Made by a program: the position numbers and the translations under genes. 64,000 nucleotides of DNA, taken from contig CAZSUC010000001.1 in the NCBI GenBank assembly GCA_964610055.1, positions 431,912 to 495,911 of the forward strand, written 5' to 3'. Source of the DNA: an uncultured Candidatus Saccharibacteria bacterium (GTDB lineage: Bacteria; Patescibacteriota; Andersenbacteria; UBA10190). The notes under the pieces are model-generated. The model was not told the origin of the DNA, ran no database searches, and saw only the letters and a list, made by a program, of their open reading frames with translations. Shown here piece by piece: positions 39,074-49,310 of this stretch (the stretch's first letter is position 1; every line of letters begins with the position of its first letter).

Positions 39074-39145
39074 AGCCACCTGTCGGATTTGAACCGACGA
39101 CCTACGCGTTACGAATGCGTTGCTCTACCACTGAGCTAAGGTGGC
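39074..39145 (-). tRNA. tRNA-Thr(CGT)
   Basis: GCCACCTTAGCTCAGTGGTAGAGCAACGCATT-CGT-AACGCGTAGGTCGTCGGTTCAAATCCGACAGGTGGCT. Confidence 0.95.
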
Positions 39146-39193
39146 TTAGGCGCTGACGTAATACTAACGGAGATTTGAGCTAGTAGGCAATCC

Positions 39194-40414
39194 TCAAGAC
39201 TCGCTCTCGTCAGTTGGCACTTCCTCTAAGGTCGCGGTTATCTGAGTTTCCTGTCCTTGGTGCCATAATTTTATTTGCACCTGATCGCCAACTTTTTTCT
39301 TGCCAACAATATTCGCTAATGGGTTGTCCTCATCTATTTTTTGCCCGTCAATCTCTAAAATAATGTCACCTTCTACAATCCCCGCCTTATTCGCTGGTGA
39401 TCCTGGTACCACCGCTAATTCACTCACGGTCTGTCCGCGCATGACTAAGGCGCCGTAATTGTACTGCAAATGATTTGCGCTTTGAATCTCATCTGTTACC
39501 GTTGTGTACCGCACCCCCAAATACGGCCGTGAAATCTTACCAGTTTCTTCCACGTTTTGCGCCGCCTCCTTCACTAAATTACTTGGCAAAGCAAAACCAA
39601 TGTTTTCACTATCCACCGCCACCGCCACATTCACCCCTACAACATCACCATTCAAATTTAACAACGGTCCGCCGGAATTGCCCTGATTAATCGCAGCATC
39701 AGTTTGAATCACTTGATCCAATTTTTCCGTTGAACCGTAATTTGAACTCGCAACAATTGAACGCGACAATCCCGACACTACCCCAACTGACACAGTATTA
39801 TCGAACTCGCTTAATGCATTTCCAATCGCAATTACAGTTTGCCCCACCTTTAATTGATCCGAATCGGCAAATTGCAAAAACGAATAATTGTCCCCTTCAA
39901 TCTTTAATACTGCGACATCATTCACTGGATCCTGAGCCAAAACTTTTGCTTCATGCTTCTCTCCATCGCTTGTGAACACTGTATATGAAGCATCTGTTTC
40001 CGACACCACATGCTTATTCGTCATTACCAAGCCATCCTTCGAAATCAAGAATCCGCTTCCGCCGCCAATCTCCTGTTCTTCTGTTCCGTTCTGGCGCAAT
40101 TGCGGTACTCGAAATTGGAAATTTCCAAAGAATTGATTCAACGGCGAATTAGAGTTGTCATCGTAATATTGCTCTAAAATCGGTACATCTTTTGTAATAA
40201 TAATTGAGACCACTGCCGGCGACGCTTTTTCCACTGCACTAATCACCGCCGATTCTGTATTTTGATACGCATCTTGAGCCAATGGCTCTCCAGTTGCCGG
40301 CGAGGAAGTTACCCCGGTTGTTTGCGGCGAATGCAGCACCAAACCTGCTCCCACCGCTCCGGCGACAAGACTAATTAAAATATTTAATCCATGTGCTTTT
40401 ATAAATTTCTCCAT
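39194..40414 (-). CDS. htrA: HtrA/DegP-like serine protease with PDZ domain
   Basis: GGGSGF, TNKHV, DVAVLK, QTDAAINQGNSGGPL, PDZ. Confidence 0.95.
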   Translation of the reverse strand: MEKFIKAHGLNILISLVAGAVGAGLVLHSPQTTGVTSSPATGEPLAQDAYQNTESAVISAVEKASPAVVSIIITKDVPILEQYYDDNSNSPLNQFFGNFQFRVPQLRQNGTEEQEIGGGSGFLISKDGLVMTNKHVVSETDASYTVFTSDGEKHEAKVLAQDPVNDVAVLKIEGDNYSFLQFADSDQLKVGQTVIAIGNALSEFDNTVSVGVVSGLSRSIVASSNYGSTEKLDQVIQTDAAINQGNSGGPLLNLNGDVVGVNVAVAVDSENIGFALPSNLVKEAAQNVEETGKISRPYLGVRYTTVTDEIQSANHLQYNYGALVMRGQTVSELAVVPGSPANKAGIVEGDIILEIDGQKIDEDNPLANIVGKKKVGDQVQIKLWHQGQETQITATLEEVPTDESES

Positions 40415-40457
40415 AGACTTTTACTTTACCCAGGACTGACTTAGTCAGCAAGATAGT

Positions 40458-40892
40458 TCAACTCTTAGTGATCCAAAGATCAACCTTTTCATTTACTGGT
40501 GTGTTCGGAACTAAGCTCCCGTTGTCTTGTCGTATGCGCACAATTATCGCTGCTCTTTCCAACATAAAGTCATCCGGTATCGTGACAGTAATCTGACGTC
40601 GATGTGGCTCTAATACCTGAATCAATGTCTCGCAGTCAACGTAATCCGTATACCACCCGAAAATATGCTGATTAGCCGTACAAATCTCCACTTTTCGCGC
40701 TTTATCCGAATCTGACAAAATCGCTGTCACCTCCGCACCTTGCGCGACTTTCATCCGCGGGCTACTTGATTGCAATGCTCCCGCAGTTAATAAATCACCA
40801 GCTTCCAAAACTACCGCCAAAATTGCCGCACATCCAATCGCAATCAATAACCCCCACGCCCATACATCCGGTATTCGCTTTTCTTCATCCAT
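40458..40892 (-). CDS. Membrane-anchored hypothetical protein
   Basis: ORF with an N-terminal TM; TGcTAAACT 6 nt before the ATG. Confidence 0.7.
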   Translation of the reverse strand: MDEEKRIPDVWAWGLLIAIGCAAILAVVLEAGDLLTAGALQSSSPRMKVAQGAEVTAILSDSDKARKVEICTANQHIFGWYTDYVDCETLIQVLEPHRRQITVTIPDDFMLERAAIIVRIRQDNGSLVPNTPVNEKVDLWITKS

Positions 40893-40961
40893 TCTTCAAG
40901 TTTAGCACAGTCTTGCATTAAGTTGCTTCGCACTTAAATTTGCAGTATACACAACGCATAG

Positions 40962-41032
40962 GCGGGTATGGTTCAGTGGTAGAACGCAGCCTTCCCAAGG
41001 CTGAGATACGGGTTCGATTCCCGTTACCCGCT
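40962..41032 (+). tRNA. tRNA-Gly(CCC)
   Basis: GCGGGTATGGTTCAGTGGTAGAACGCAGCCTT-CCC-AAGGCTGAGATACGGGTTCGATTCCCGTTACCCGCT. Confidence 0.93.
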
Positions 41033-41113
41033 CACTTCAGAACATGAGTTTAAAACGCGTGAAAAGCATCAAACTATAAAACTAAATTCGCCAATTAGCC
41101 ATATAATGAACAC

Positions 41114-41911
41114 ATGGATAATCACGAATTAGAGGACTACTTAATATTCGCCAAACAATTAGCTAGTGAAGCCGGTGAGATCATGCGTCAGTATTTTAGA
41201 AGCGATGATATAGAGCAGCGTGAAAAAGACGACAAAACTATTGTCACCATAGCGGATGAGAAGATAAACAATATTGTAATTGAGCGCATTGCAAAATCTT
41301 ATCCTCGGCATGCTGTTTTTGGCGAAGAAGCGAGTCTAATTCAAGAATCGGAATATACCTGGGTTTGCGATCCAATTGATGGTACTTTTCTTTTTGCAAA
41401 AGGTATCCCTATGGCAGTTTTCTCGCTCGCTCTAGTCAAAAATGGTGAACCTCTTGTCGGGGTTGTCTATGACCCTTTTCTAGACATTTTCTATACGGCC
41501 ATAAAGGGACAAGGCGCTTTTATGAACGACAAGCAAATTCATGTTAGTACAAAACTATTAGATTATAGAGCGGCTTTAAATTTAGAAGATTGGCCAAGTG
41601 CAGAATTGCAGTTTCATCAAATGAAAATGTTGGCACAAAAAGAAAAAAGTCTAGATTTTTATCGAATCGGCAGTATCGTACATGTCAGTTGTTTGGTCGC
41701 ACAAGGAGCATTTGAAGCCGCTATTTTTGCCGGAACCGCTAAAAAATGCGACATAGCCGCGGTAAAAGTGATCGTTGAAGAAGCGGGCGGAAAAGTTACA
41801 GATGTTAACGGTCATCAACAGCGATACGATGGTGACATTAACGGAGCCATCGTATCTAATGGCATTGTTCATGAACAATTAGTTGATCTGATCAAAAGAA
41901 GCTCAGGTTAA
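41114..41911 (+). CDS. suhB: Inositol monophosphatase family protein
   Basis: VTIAD, GEE, WVCDPIDGT, DIAAVKVIVEEAGG. Confidence 0.88.
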   Translation: MDNHELEDYLIFAKQLASEAGEIMRQYFRSDDIEQREKDDKTIVTIADEKINNIVIERIAKSYPRHAVFGEEASLIQESEYTWVCDPIDGTFLFAKGIPMAVFSLALVKNGEPLVGVVYDPFLDIFYTAIKGQGAFMNDKQIHVSTKLLDYRAALNLEDWPSAELQFHQMKMLAQKEKSLDFYRIGSIVHVSCLVAQGAFEAAIFAGTAKKCDIAAVKVIVEEAGGKVTDVNGHQQRYDGDINGAIVSNGIVHEQLVDLIKRSSG

Positions 41912-41914
41912 TCT

Positions 41915-42478
41915 TTACCTCAACCGTATACTCCCATCCGTTTTATCCCACCACATTCCAATCGGCAACGCCGCCATCCATCTCTCACCAGCTAACACCT
42001 TGTACAACTCATCCGTAGTCTCAGCTTGCCGGTACTGCCGAATATTTTCCTGGCGCAACAGCGGCAAAACCACATATTTATCATATTCATCTGCTTCTAA
42101 GCCGCTGAATTCTTTAACCTCTTCATCTGACAAATTCAAAATCTCTGTTCGGTAACGCCAAGCATCTTCCTCTGTTACCGACGATTTTAATTGCGCACGG
42201 CTCACTAAGTGCTGCCGCGCCAAAGTTGTTAGCATCTCTGTGCTGGATAATTTTGCAGTGCCTGCTTGCTCAGAAAAGCGGTCGGACAAATCAATGTATT
42301 GTGCCCAGTCCATTGTTGTAACGCATCCGCGTGTTGAACAAATTAACGGCCAAGGTAACCAGCGTGACAGCGGATTCACGCGCGGATTAGGAATCAAATA
42401 CACTGACGCCACAATCAAACTAATGATTCCGGCTAGGAATATCGTTGGGATTAATAATAGCCACCAACGTTTTTTCAT
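41915..42478 (-). CDS. Membrane-anchored hypothetical protein (possibly SurA N-like)
   Basis: N-terminal TM and helical body; overlaps the upstream gene. Confidence 0.65.
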   Translation of the reverse strand: MKKRWWLLLIPTIFLAGIISLIVASVYLIPNPRVNPLSRWLPWPLICSTRGCVTTMDWAQYIDLSDRFSEQAGTAKLSSTEMLTTLARQHLVSRAQLKSSVTEEDAWRYRTEILNLSDEEVKEFSGLEADEYDKYVVLPLLRQENIRQYRQAETTDELYKVLAGERWMAALPIGMWWDKTDGSIRLR

Positions 42479-42861
42479 AGTTCCTCCGTTTCTAATTCGT
42501 CAACAAAAAACATTCGCCACCATTTCTCCGGAATACTGTATTCTTCCGGCTCAACCTCCAAACTTTTTGCTTCTTCTGTAACCGCTTCAATGTCTGGCAC
42601 TAAAACCACTTTTTCCCCCTCACCGCGATAATTTAATTTTTCCCGCGCTAAGCGATCTTGGTAGGCATCGGTTCTAAAATATTGATTCAAGTTTTCCAAT
42701 TCCACTACTTTTTTTTGCATCGCCTGAGTCTCTTGTTCAAATTGGCTGACTTCCCGTTGAATTGCAATTCTTCTATTCATCTCTTGAGCCAATGAAATCA
42801 ACAAAAACAACACTATCACTACCGTTACTCCGACCACAATTTTTGGTTGGATTAAATTCAT
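42475..42861 (-). CDS. Septum formation initiator (FtsB/DivIC family)
   Basis: TM, coiled coil, LAREKLNY..GEKV. Confidence 0.85.
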   Translation of the reverse strand: MNLIQPKIVVGVTVVIVLFLLISLAQEMNRRIAIQREVSQFEQETQAMQKKVVELENLNQYFRTDAYQDRLAREKLNYRGEGEKVVLVPDIEAVTEEAKSLEVEPEEYSIPEKWWRMFFVDELETEEL

Positions 42862-42880
42862 CTCCCCTATTATACCCCGT

Positions 42881-43906
42881 CTATTCCGCTAACTGAATGG
42901 TAGTAGTTTGTTCTTGATCGTCGCGAATGTAAGTCACGGTGAAAGCAGTATTCGGTATACGGCTCATAATCGACTCTTTCCATAGAACCGGTTGGTCATT
43001 AATTGCCGTAATTACGTCTCCTGGCTTTAATCCTGCTGCTGCCGACACTGACGCTGACTTTATAGCTGCCAATTTAACGCCAAACGCTATCTCTGCATCT
43101 TCTGGCGTCCGGATAAATCCATAATCAACATTTAATCCAATTTCTTCCAAAGGATTAATTTCTCGCTGTCCAGAATTAAATCGTTCCAAGCTGGTTCGTA
43201 GTAAATTAACTGGCATCACCGTATCATCCCCTAACCAAATTCCGGCTATCTTCCCTTCTTCGTCTAATAACGGTGTGCCTGGCACCATGTCGCTTAAATT
43301 TGCGCTGCTACGCAGTACTCTTTGAATCCCCTCTCCTGGTGCAGACTGCGGCAATTCATACTGGTTGATGACGGTTGATCGGATTTTAGCGGAAAACGTA
43401 TCTTCATCCCGTCCGATTGCTAATAATGTTTGTCCGACCGGCGCATCATCTGACCTCAAATCCAAAGGTGCTACTACTGTTTTTGGAAATCGCAAATATT
43501 CTACGCCAAAAACCGGATCATCGCCGGAATACTCCACCGTTACTTCTCGCCCTTCGTTATCATACGCGGTTAAATCGCCTTTAATTCCGCTTGCCGAAAC
43601 CATTAACCCGTCATTCGTCACCGCTGTTGCCATTCCGGCTGGTTTTCCGTTTTGAAACAGCAAGAACACTGATCGGCCAGTTGATTCCACTAATTCCGCC
43701 GCCGCCTTATTCGGTGAGATTGTCACCTCTTGCATAACTGTTGTTAAGCCGTCGTCATTATCAATCAGTGGGGTTAAATCCGGTTGCATAAATTGCTGCC
43801 CTACAATTCCACCCGCCATCCCCGCTCCAGTTGTTAGAACTAACAAAAATAATACCCACCAAATCGAAAACCGAACTACCGTCGTCTCATCTATATTTTT
43901 AGACAT
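42881..43906 (-). CDS. Trypsin-like/PDZ protein, probably catalytically inactive
   Basis: HtrA architecture (TNDG, GTPLLDEEG, AAAGLKPGDVI) without the His and GNSGG motifs. Confidence 0.75.
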   Translation of the reverse strand: MSKNIDETTVVRFSIWWVLFLLVLTTGAGMAGGIVGQQFMQPDLTPLIDNDDGLTTVMQEVTISPNKAAAELVESTGRSVFLLFQNGKPAGMATAVTNDGLMVSASGIKGDLTAYDNEGREVTVEYSGDDPVFGVEYLRFPKTVVAPLDLRSDDAPVGQTLLAIGRDEDTFSAKIRSTVINQYELPQSAPGEGIQRVLRSSANLSDMVPGTPLLDEEGKIAGIWLGDDTVMPVNLLRTSLERFNSGQREINPLEEIGLNVDYGFIRTPEDAEIAFGVKLAAIKSASVSAAAGLKPGDVITAINDQPVLWKESIMSRIPNTAFTVTYIRDDQEQTTTIQLAE

Positions 43907-43915
43907 ATTTTCATA

Positions 43916-44686
43916 TTAAAACCATTTCGCTGTTAAGAGTAGCAAGAGCAGTCCCACGCCGCCGACCGCAATGTACTCCCAGGCATCAGTGCGTGTTAGC
44001 TTACGTTCAAAACTAATACTAAGCAAGTTAAATCCCACGTAATAAGCTACCACCGCAATTCCTGCCTGCACAATGTAATGCACCGACCAAAACTGCATAA
44101 TCCAACTAATCTCCGTAACTGCTACAGCTAACGCCAGGGTCGGCAAATATGTTTCCCACCAATTCCCTGTCACTCTGCGCAAGGCTTGCAAGCTTGCCAA
44201 CCAAGTCACAATAAAAGCTGTTGTTAAAATCCAAACTAACGGTGAATACAAGTGGTATCGAATCCCAAAAATAACGGCTAAGTCTAAAAACAAAACCACC
44301 ATGGTTAAGGTCCAATTCCACGTTGGATAAGCCTGCCGCGTACCATGCTTAAGCAGCCAGAAAAAAATAAGAGTAGCTAAGATAAAGTAAATGTGCAGTA
44401 ATCCGGTTCGAGGCAAAAATAAAGTAAAGCCAATCAATCCCGCCGCCGCCAAAACCGGTAGCACTGCTTGGGTTGGATGAAATGCATGTTGTTCTTCAAT
44501 TCGTACTAATGCCACTCCGGCTGCCATCACTAAAATCAGAGCTATTCCCACAACAATCATCCAGCCAGAAAATTGAGTTAACAGTTCTAACCCAACCCAA
44601 AACAACAACGACAGCAAAACATAATGGGAAGTCAACGGTTGGTGTAGCTTAAGCTGTGATAACTGTCGCCAATACCGTTGCCACAT
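43916..44686 (-). CDS. Polytopic membrane hypothetical protein
   Basis: About nine hydrophobic segments. Confidence 0.75.
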   Translation of the reverse strand: MWQRYWRQLSQLKLHQPLTSHYVLLSLLFWVGLELLTQFSGWMIVVGIALILVMAAGVALVRIEEQHAFHPTQAVLPVLAAAGLIGFTLFLPRTGLLHIYFILATLIFFWLLKHGTRQAYPTWNWTLTMVVLFLDLAVIFGIRYHLYSPLVWILTTAFIVTWLASLQALRRVTGNWWETYLPTLALAVAVTEISWIMQFWSVHYIVQAGIAVVAYYVGFNLLSISFERKLTRTDAWEYIAVGGVGLLLLLLTAKWF

Positions 44687-44692
44687 AAAAGT

Positions 44693-45625
44693 CTAATTAC
44701 GAACTAAGTAATCGCCTGCTGATAAAGCCGCTGAACAACCATGCCCAGCCGCCACGACAATCTGAGCGTCTCGAATATCAGTCACATCTCCCGCTGCAAA
44801 AAATCCATCTACGTTCGTCTTGCCGTACCGATCAGTTGGTATTGCACCCAATTTGTCTAATTTAACCAGTTGGGCAACCGGCTTGGTATTTGGAACTGCA
44901 CCGATCGTTACAAACACTCCTTCTACTGCTAATTCTTTTGTTTCTTCCTCGCCTTTCACGGCATATGTTAATCCCTGTACCATGCTGTCCCCTGTAATCG
45001 CTTTAGTGTCGGCATTCAGAATAATCTCTACTTTTGGATCATTCTTAAAAGCTTCCACCAAAATTGGATCCGCATCTAATTTATCAAACAAGTGCAGCAA
45101 ATAAATTTTCTTCGCAATCTTTTGCAACATAATCACTGCTTCTGCTCCGGTATTACCTCCGCCAATCACTGCCACCGTTTTATCTTGAAACAAGGGTGCG
45201 TCACAAGTCGCGCAATAAGTTACTCCTCGATTTCGTAATTGCTCTTCTCCTGGCACGCCTAAGGCACGCGGATGTCGTCCCGCTGCATAAACAACTGTGC
45301 GACTATTGATCGTTTGTCCGTCTTCTAATATCACCGTGAATCCCTGACCGGACTTCTTGATTTCTTGTACTCGCGCTGTTAAAACTTGCACGTTTTCTTG
45401 GTGTGAACCCAAATGACGCACCATCTTATCCGCTAATTCATTACCGCTTGTTACGCCGTCTCCTGGCCAATTTTCAATTTCGCCGGAATTTCGCACCTCT
45501 CCTCCCGGCAAATCACCAATCATCACTACGCGCAATTTTTTACGAGCAGCATAAATCCCGGCCGTAATTCCCGCCGGGCCATAGCCAATAATCGCAACGT
45601 CAAATTCACTAGCATCTGTCGCCAT
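44693..45625 (-). CDS. trxB: Thioredoxin-disulfide reductase
   Basis: GYGPAG, YCATCD, GGGNTG, FAAGD; start ATG 45625. Confidence 0.92.
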   Translation of the reverse strand: MATDASEFDVAIIGYGPAGITAGIYAARKKLRVVMIGDLPGGEVRNSGEIENWPGDGVTSGNELADKMVRHLGSHQENVQVLTARVQEIKKSGQGFTVILEDGQTINSRTVVYAAGRHPRALGVPGEEQLRNRGVTYCATCDAPLFQDKTVAVIGGGNTGAEAVIMLQKIAKKIYLLHLFDKLDADPILVEAFKNDPKVEIILNADTKAITGDSMVQGLTYAVKGEEETKELAVEGVFVTIGAVPNTKPVAQLVKLDKLGAIPTDRYGKTNVDGFFAAGDVTDIRDAQIVVAAGHGCSAALSAGDYLVRN

Positions 45626-45626
45626 A

Positions 45627-45875
45627 CTATATTCCCAAGGCAGTTGCCAAACGGTTTTGGTCGAATCCAATAATTACTTCTTCATTCTCTCCCTCTGCAA
45701 TCACAATAACTGGTACGCCCATTTGACCAGATTTATCAATCATTTCTTTCGCTTTTGCTTGATCCAAAGCAACATTAATATCGGTATATTCTACTTTATG
45801 CTCTTGCATAAATTGTTTTGCGGCAGTGCAATAACCGCAAGTAGGAGTGCTGTAAATAGTCACAGTTTTGACCAT
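45627..45875 (-). CDS. Glutaredoxin (NrdH/YruB-like)
   Basis: YSTPTCGYC, SGQMGVPVI, IGFD. Confidence 0.92.
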   Translation of the reverse strand: MVKTVTIYSTPTCGYCTAAKQFMQEHKVEYTDINVALDQAKAKEMIDKSGQMGVPVIVIAEGENEEVIIGFDQNRLATALGI

Positions 45876-45994
45876 ATAATTTTTAGAAATGATTAATACT
45901 TAAAGGTAAGCCTGTTAATATACTACACCATTCCGGCTGAGCGCCAACCGCGCCAGAGCTAGACGGGTGATAATCGGTTCGCTAGAGTATAGCT

Positions 45995-47305
45995 ATGGAA
46001 CACACAACTGGTAAATTAGCTGTTATTGGTATTGGTTATGTTGGCTTGCCCGCCGCCCTTTTAGCCGCGGAAAAAGGCTGGCATGTTATCGGAATTGATA
46101 ATAACGCCGATAAAGTCGCACAAGTCTCTCGTGGAGAAATGCCTTATCAAGACGAAGCTTTAGCTGCTCAATTAAAACAATATCCTATTCAAGCTGACAC
46201 TGATTATGCTCGTGTCACGGAAGCTAATATTGTCCTGATTGCCGTGCCAACTCCGGTCAAAGATAATCATGAACCCGATCTCACTCCTTTGATTTCAGCT
46301 GTTACCAGTATTCGCCCTTATTTACACGCTGGCCAGGTTCTAATCGTTGAATCCACGATCAATCCTGGCGTGATGGACGAAGCTGTCCTTCCGGTTTTAC
46401 GAGAACGTACTGATTTGCCTTTAGATGCTGACCAGGCCGATGGCGATGTTTTATACGTCGCCCATTGTCCAGAACGTATCAATCCTGGCGATAAAACTTG
46501 GACAGTGCGCAACATTCCACGCGTAGTTGGTGGATATACTTCAGTTGGTACTACTAAAGCTCAAGAGTTTTACGAAAGTTTTATTGAAGCTCCGATTAAA
46601 CCTATGGCATCTATTCAGGAAGCAGAAGCCGTTAAAATTCTCGAAAATACTTTTCGTGATATTAACATCGCCTTTATCAACGAAATGGCCAAATCATTTC
46701 ATAAATTAAACATTGATATTGTGCATGTTATTGCTGGCGCTGCCACTAAGCCGTTTGCTTTTATGCCCCACTATCCGGGCAATGGCGTTGGTGGGCATTG
46801 TATTAGCGTCGATCCTTATTACATGATTGAGCGCGGTCGCCAAGCTGGTTTTGATCATGAATTCTTGAAACTCGCCCGCAAAATTAACAACAGTATGCCT
46901 GCTTATGTCGTGCAATTATTACAAGATAATTTATCTGGCGCTGGTTTAAATGTTCAAACAGCCAAGATTGCTTTGCTCGGTTTAGCTTACAAGAAAAATA
47001 TTGATGATTTACGTGAAAGCCCAGCTTTGGAAATCCGGCATCTTTTAGAGGAAGCTGGCTTTTCTTTACAGGTGTTTGATCCATACGCTCTCAAGCTATC
47101 CACTACTGCATCCCTAGAAGAGGCCCTGTCCGATGCGTCAGTTGTCATGTTAGCTACCGACCACACCGCCTTTACTTCTGTTCTAACTCCTGAATATTTA
47201 CGCCAACATAACATCAAGTTAGTTATTGACGGTAAAAATTCTCTCGACGGCGCTGAAATTGCTGCCGCTGGCATTCATTACTACGGCGTTGGTCGTCAAT
47301 ATTAA
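45995..47305 (+). CDS. UDP-N-acetylhexosamine dehydrogenase (WecC/WbpA family)
   Basis: GIGYVGLP, VPTP, ESTINPG, PERINPG, GVGGHCI, LAYKKNIDDLRESP. Confidence 0.93.
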   Translation: MEHTTGKLAVIGIGYVGLPAALLAAEKGWHVIGIDNNADKVAQVSRGEMPYQDEALAAQLKQYPIQADTDYARVTEANIVLIAVPTPVKDNHEPDLTPLISAVTSIRPYLHAGQVLIVESTINPGVMDEAVLPVLRERTDLPLDADQADGDVLYVAHCPERINPGDKTWTVRNIPRVVGGYTSVGTTKAQEFYESFIEAPIKPMASIQEAEAVKILENTFRDINIAFINEMAKSFHKLNIDIVHVIAGAATKPFAFMPHYPGNGVGGHCISVDPYYMIERGRQAGFDHEFLKLARKINNSMPAYVVQLLQDNLSGAGLNVQTAKIALLGLAYKKNIDDLRESPALEIRHLLEEAGFSLQVFDPYALKLSTTASLEEALSDASVVMLATDHTAFTSVLTPEYLRQHNIKLVIDGKNSLDGAEIAAAGIHYYGVGRQY

Positions 47306-47721
47306 ATTCTCGGCTGCTGCTCGTCGGTTGGGGGCGTAACTTGTGGCTCTGCTTCCGGTGTTGGCATTTCTTCGGGTGTCATTTCTTCTGGCATAACTTC
47401 CTCTGCTGGTGCTGTTGTTTCTTCTTCGGATGTCATTATTTCTTGAGAAGCGCCGGCAATATCAGAAATAGCTTGTTTAAATTCTTGCACCGGTGATTGT
47501 GACGGCATTGGCTGTCCTGCTTGTTGGTACCACTGCGCTTTTTGTAAGCGATAATTTCGATATCCTCCCCATATCATGCCGATCAAAAATATTGGAAACC
47601 AAACTGCCCCGATATAAGCTGAAGCAATAGTAATCAAAAACAATAACACTCCCGCCGCTGCCCCAAACGCCAACGCCCAATACATGATTGGATAAATATT
47701 AGGTTTGAATTGATTTTCCAT
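47302..47721 (-). CDS. Membrane hypothetical protein with a P/E-rich tail
   Basis: Two TM segments; start ATG 47721. Confidence 0.7.
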   Translation of the reverse strand: MENQFKPNIYPIMYWALAFGAAAGVLLFLITIASAYIGAVWFPIFLIGMIWGGYRNYRLQKAQWYQQAGQPMPSQSPVQEFKQAISDIAGASQEIMTSEEETTAPAEEVMPEEMTPEEMPTPEAEPQVTPPTDEQQPRI

Positions 47722-47744
47722 ATAATTCAAGTATATACACTCGC

Positions 47745-48647
47745 CTACCAAGTGGGCAAATTTAGCAGGCGTTGCATATCACGATACTGCGCTTCTTCGC
47801 TTGGACTATCCATGATTACCACAATACGTGGTTCATTAGTTTTAGTCTGTGTGACTAAACAATATCCAGCTTCGTACAAAAATCCAGTTTTACTACCACT
47901 GAAATCCTGGTTATTTTCCGTAATCATTTTGTTTGTATTATTCATTTGATGTTCTCTGCCCGATTCACCAAACACAAAAGTATATGTCGGGGCGCTAGTT
48001 GCTTTGGCAATGTCAGGGTACATAAACGCTGCTTTTGCCATCAAAGCCACTTCATAAGCCGTCGAAATATTGGTCGTATCTAAACCGGTAACGTCAGTAA
48101 AGTGAGTCTGCTCTAACTCTAGCTCCACCGCTTTACGATTCATGGCGCGAACAAACTCTTCCGTTGAAACTTTTTCTTCCAAAGAACGTACATATGCGCG
48201 TGTCGCGTTATTTGCTGACCCTAATAACGAAGCGTAAAACAAATCCTGCACCGTCGCAGTTTCTCCTGCGTACATTGTTAAATTTCCCCCGACCCCATAT
48301 TCTTCCGGCAAAATATGCATGGCTTTGCTGTAATCCAATCCGTAATCCAGCGCCACTATGGCTGTCATAAGTTTAGTTAAACTCGCCATCGGCGCCCGTT
48401 CAAACGCGTTATAGTCATACATAATCTGGTTGTCGGCTTGGCTTAATATCACCGCACTCTTCCCTTCCAAAACATTATCAGCATTTTGGCCAATCAAATC
48501 AGGCAACCCTAATGACTCTGTCTGCTTAACAGTGACACCCTTAACTTTTTGCTGGGCTGGTGTTCGCCACCATAAATATCCGGTTATGGTGCAACCAATC
48601 GTTAAGCATATAATGACAATTAAAAGCCACCGTGTACTTTTTGGCAT
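47745..48647 (-). CDS. D-alanyl-D-alanine carboxypeptidase (peptidase S11)
   Basis: ASLTK (SxxK), SAN (SxN), KTG. Confidence 0.92.
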   Translation of the reverse strand: MPKSTRWLLIVIICLTIGCTITGYLWWRTPAQQKVKGVTVKQTESLGLPDLIGQNADNVLEGKSAVILSQADNQIMYDYNAFERAPMASLTKLMTAIVALDYGLDYSKAMHILPEEYGVGGNLTMYAGETATVQDLFYASLLGSANNATRAYVRSLEEKVSTEEFVRAMNRKAVELELEQTHFTDVTGLDTTNISTAYEVALMAKAAFMYPDIAKATSAPTYTFVFGESGREHQMNNTNKMITENNQDFSGSKTGFLYEAGYCLVTQTKTNEPRIVVIMDSPSEEAQYRDMQRLLNLPTW

Positions 48648-48684
48648 ACTTCCCCTTATAGCTCTTACCTAATACACTACCCGT

Positions 48685-49308
48685 ATGACCCCCTTGTCTG
48701 CAATCTCATTACCTGAAGCAATCCACGCTTTGAGCGTTGGGCGAGTTGTTGCTTTTCCCACCGGTACTTCTTATGGTCTCGCTGCTGATATTGCGCAGGG
48801 ATTTGCCTTACAGCGAGTTCGTAATCTTAAAAAACGTCCTCAAGATAAAACTTTTACTGTCTTTATGAATGACAGCTTATGGGATGAGTATTTAGTCCTT
48901 AATCGCACCAGTCGCACTTATCTTGAACGGCTCAACGGTCACCCCGTCACTGTTTTAATTAAATCAAAACCTAATCTCGCGCACCTCGCTCAGGATGGTT
49001 TGGTCGGTGTTCGTCTAATTGATCATCCGTTAATGCGTGATTTGGCCGCCGGTTTTTCTTATCCTCTAACCGCTACCAGTGCCAATCCTTCCGGCGCTGA
49101 TCCTTGTTTATCAACTGATTGTCTCTGCCAAACTTTTCCGCGTGAAGTCGCTGATCATGTTTATGATTTATCTTTAGCTGGGTATATCGATGGTGGTACG
49201 CTTGCTTCTTCTCAATCCAGTACCATTATTCGTCCTGAAAAATCCGGCTATACCATTGTCCGGGAAGGAGCACTTCCCGGACAAGAAATTGATCGTTTGT
49301 TAGCTTAA
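48685..49308 (+). CDS. tsaC: L-threonylcarbamoyladenylate synthase (TsaC/Sua5)
   Basis: VAFPT..YGL, LKKRP..K, TSANPSG, STII..REG. Confidence 0.88.
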   Translation: MTPLSAISLPEAIHALSVGRVVAFPTGTSYGLAADIAQGFALQRVRNLKKRPQDKTFTVFMNDSLWDEYLVLNRTSRTYLERLNGHPVTVLIKSKPNLAHLAQDGLVGVRLIDHPLMRDLAAGFSYPLTATSANPSGADPCLSTDCLCQTFPREVADHVYDLSLAGYIDGGTLASSQSSTIIRPEKSGYTIVREGALPGQEIDRLLA

Positions 49309-49310
49309 AA

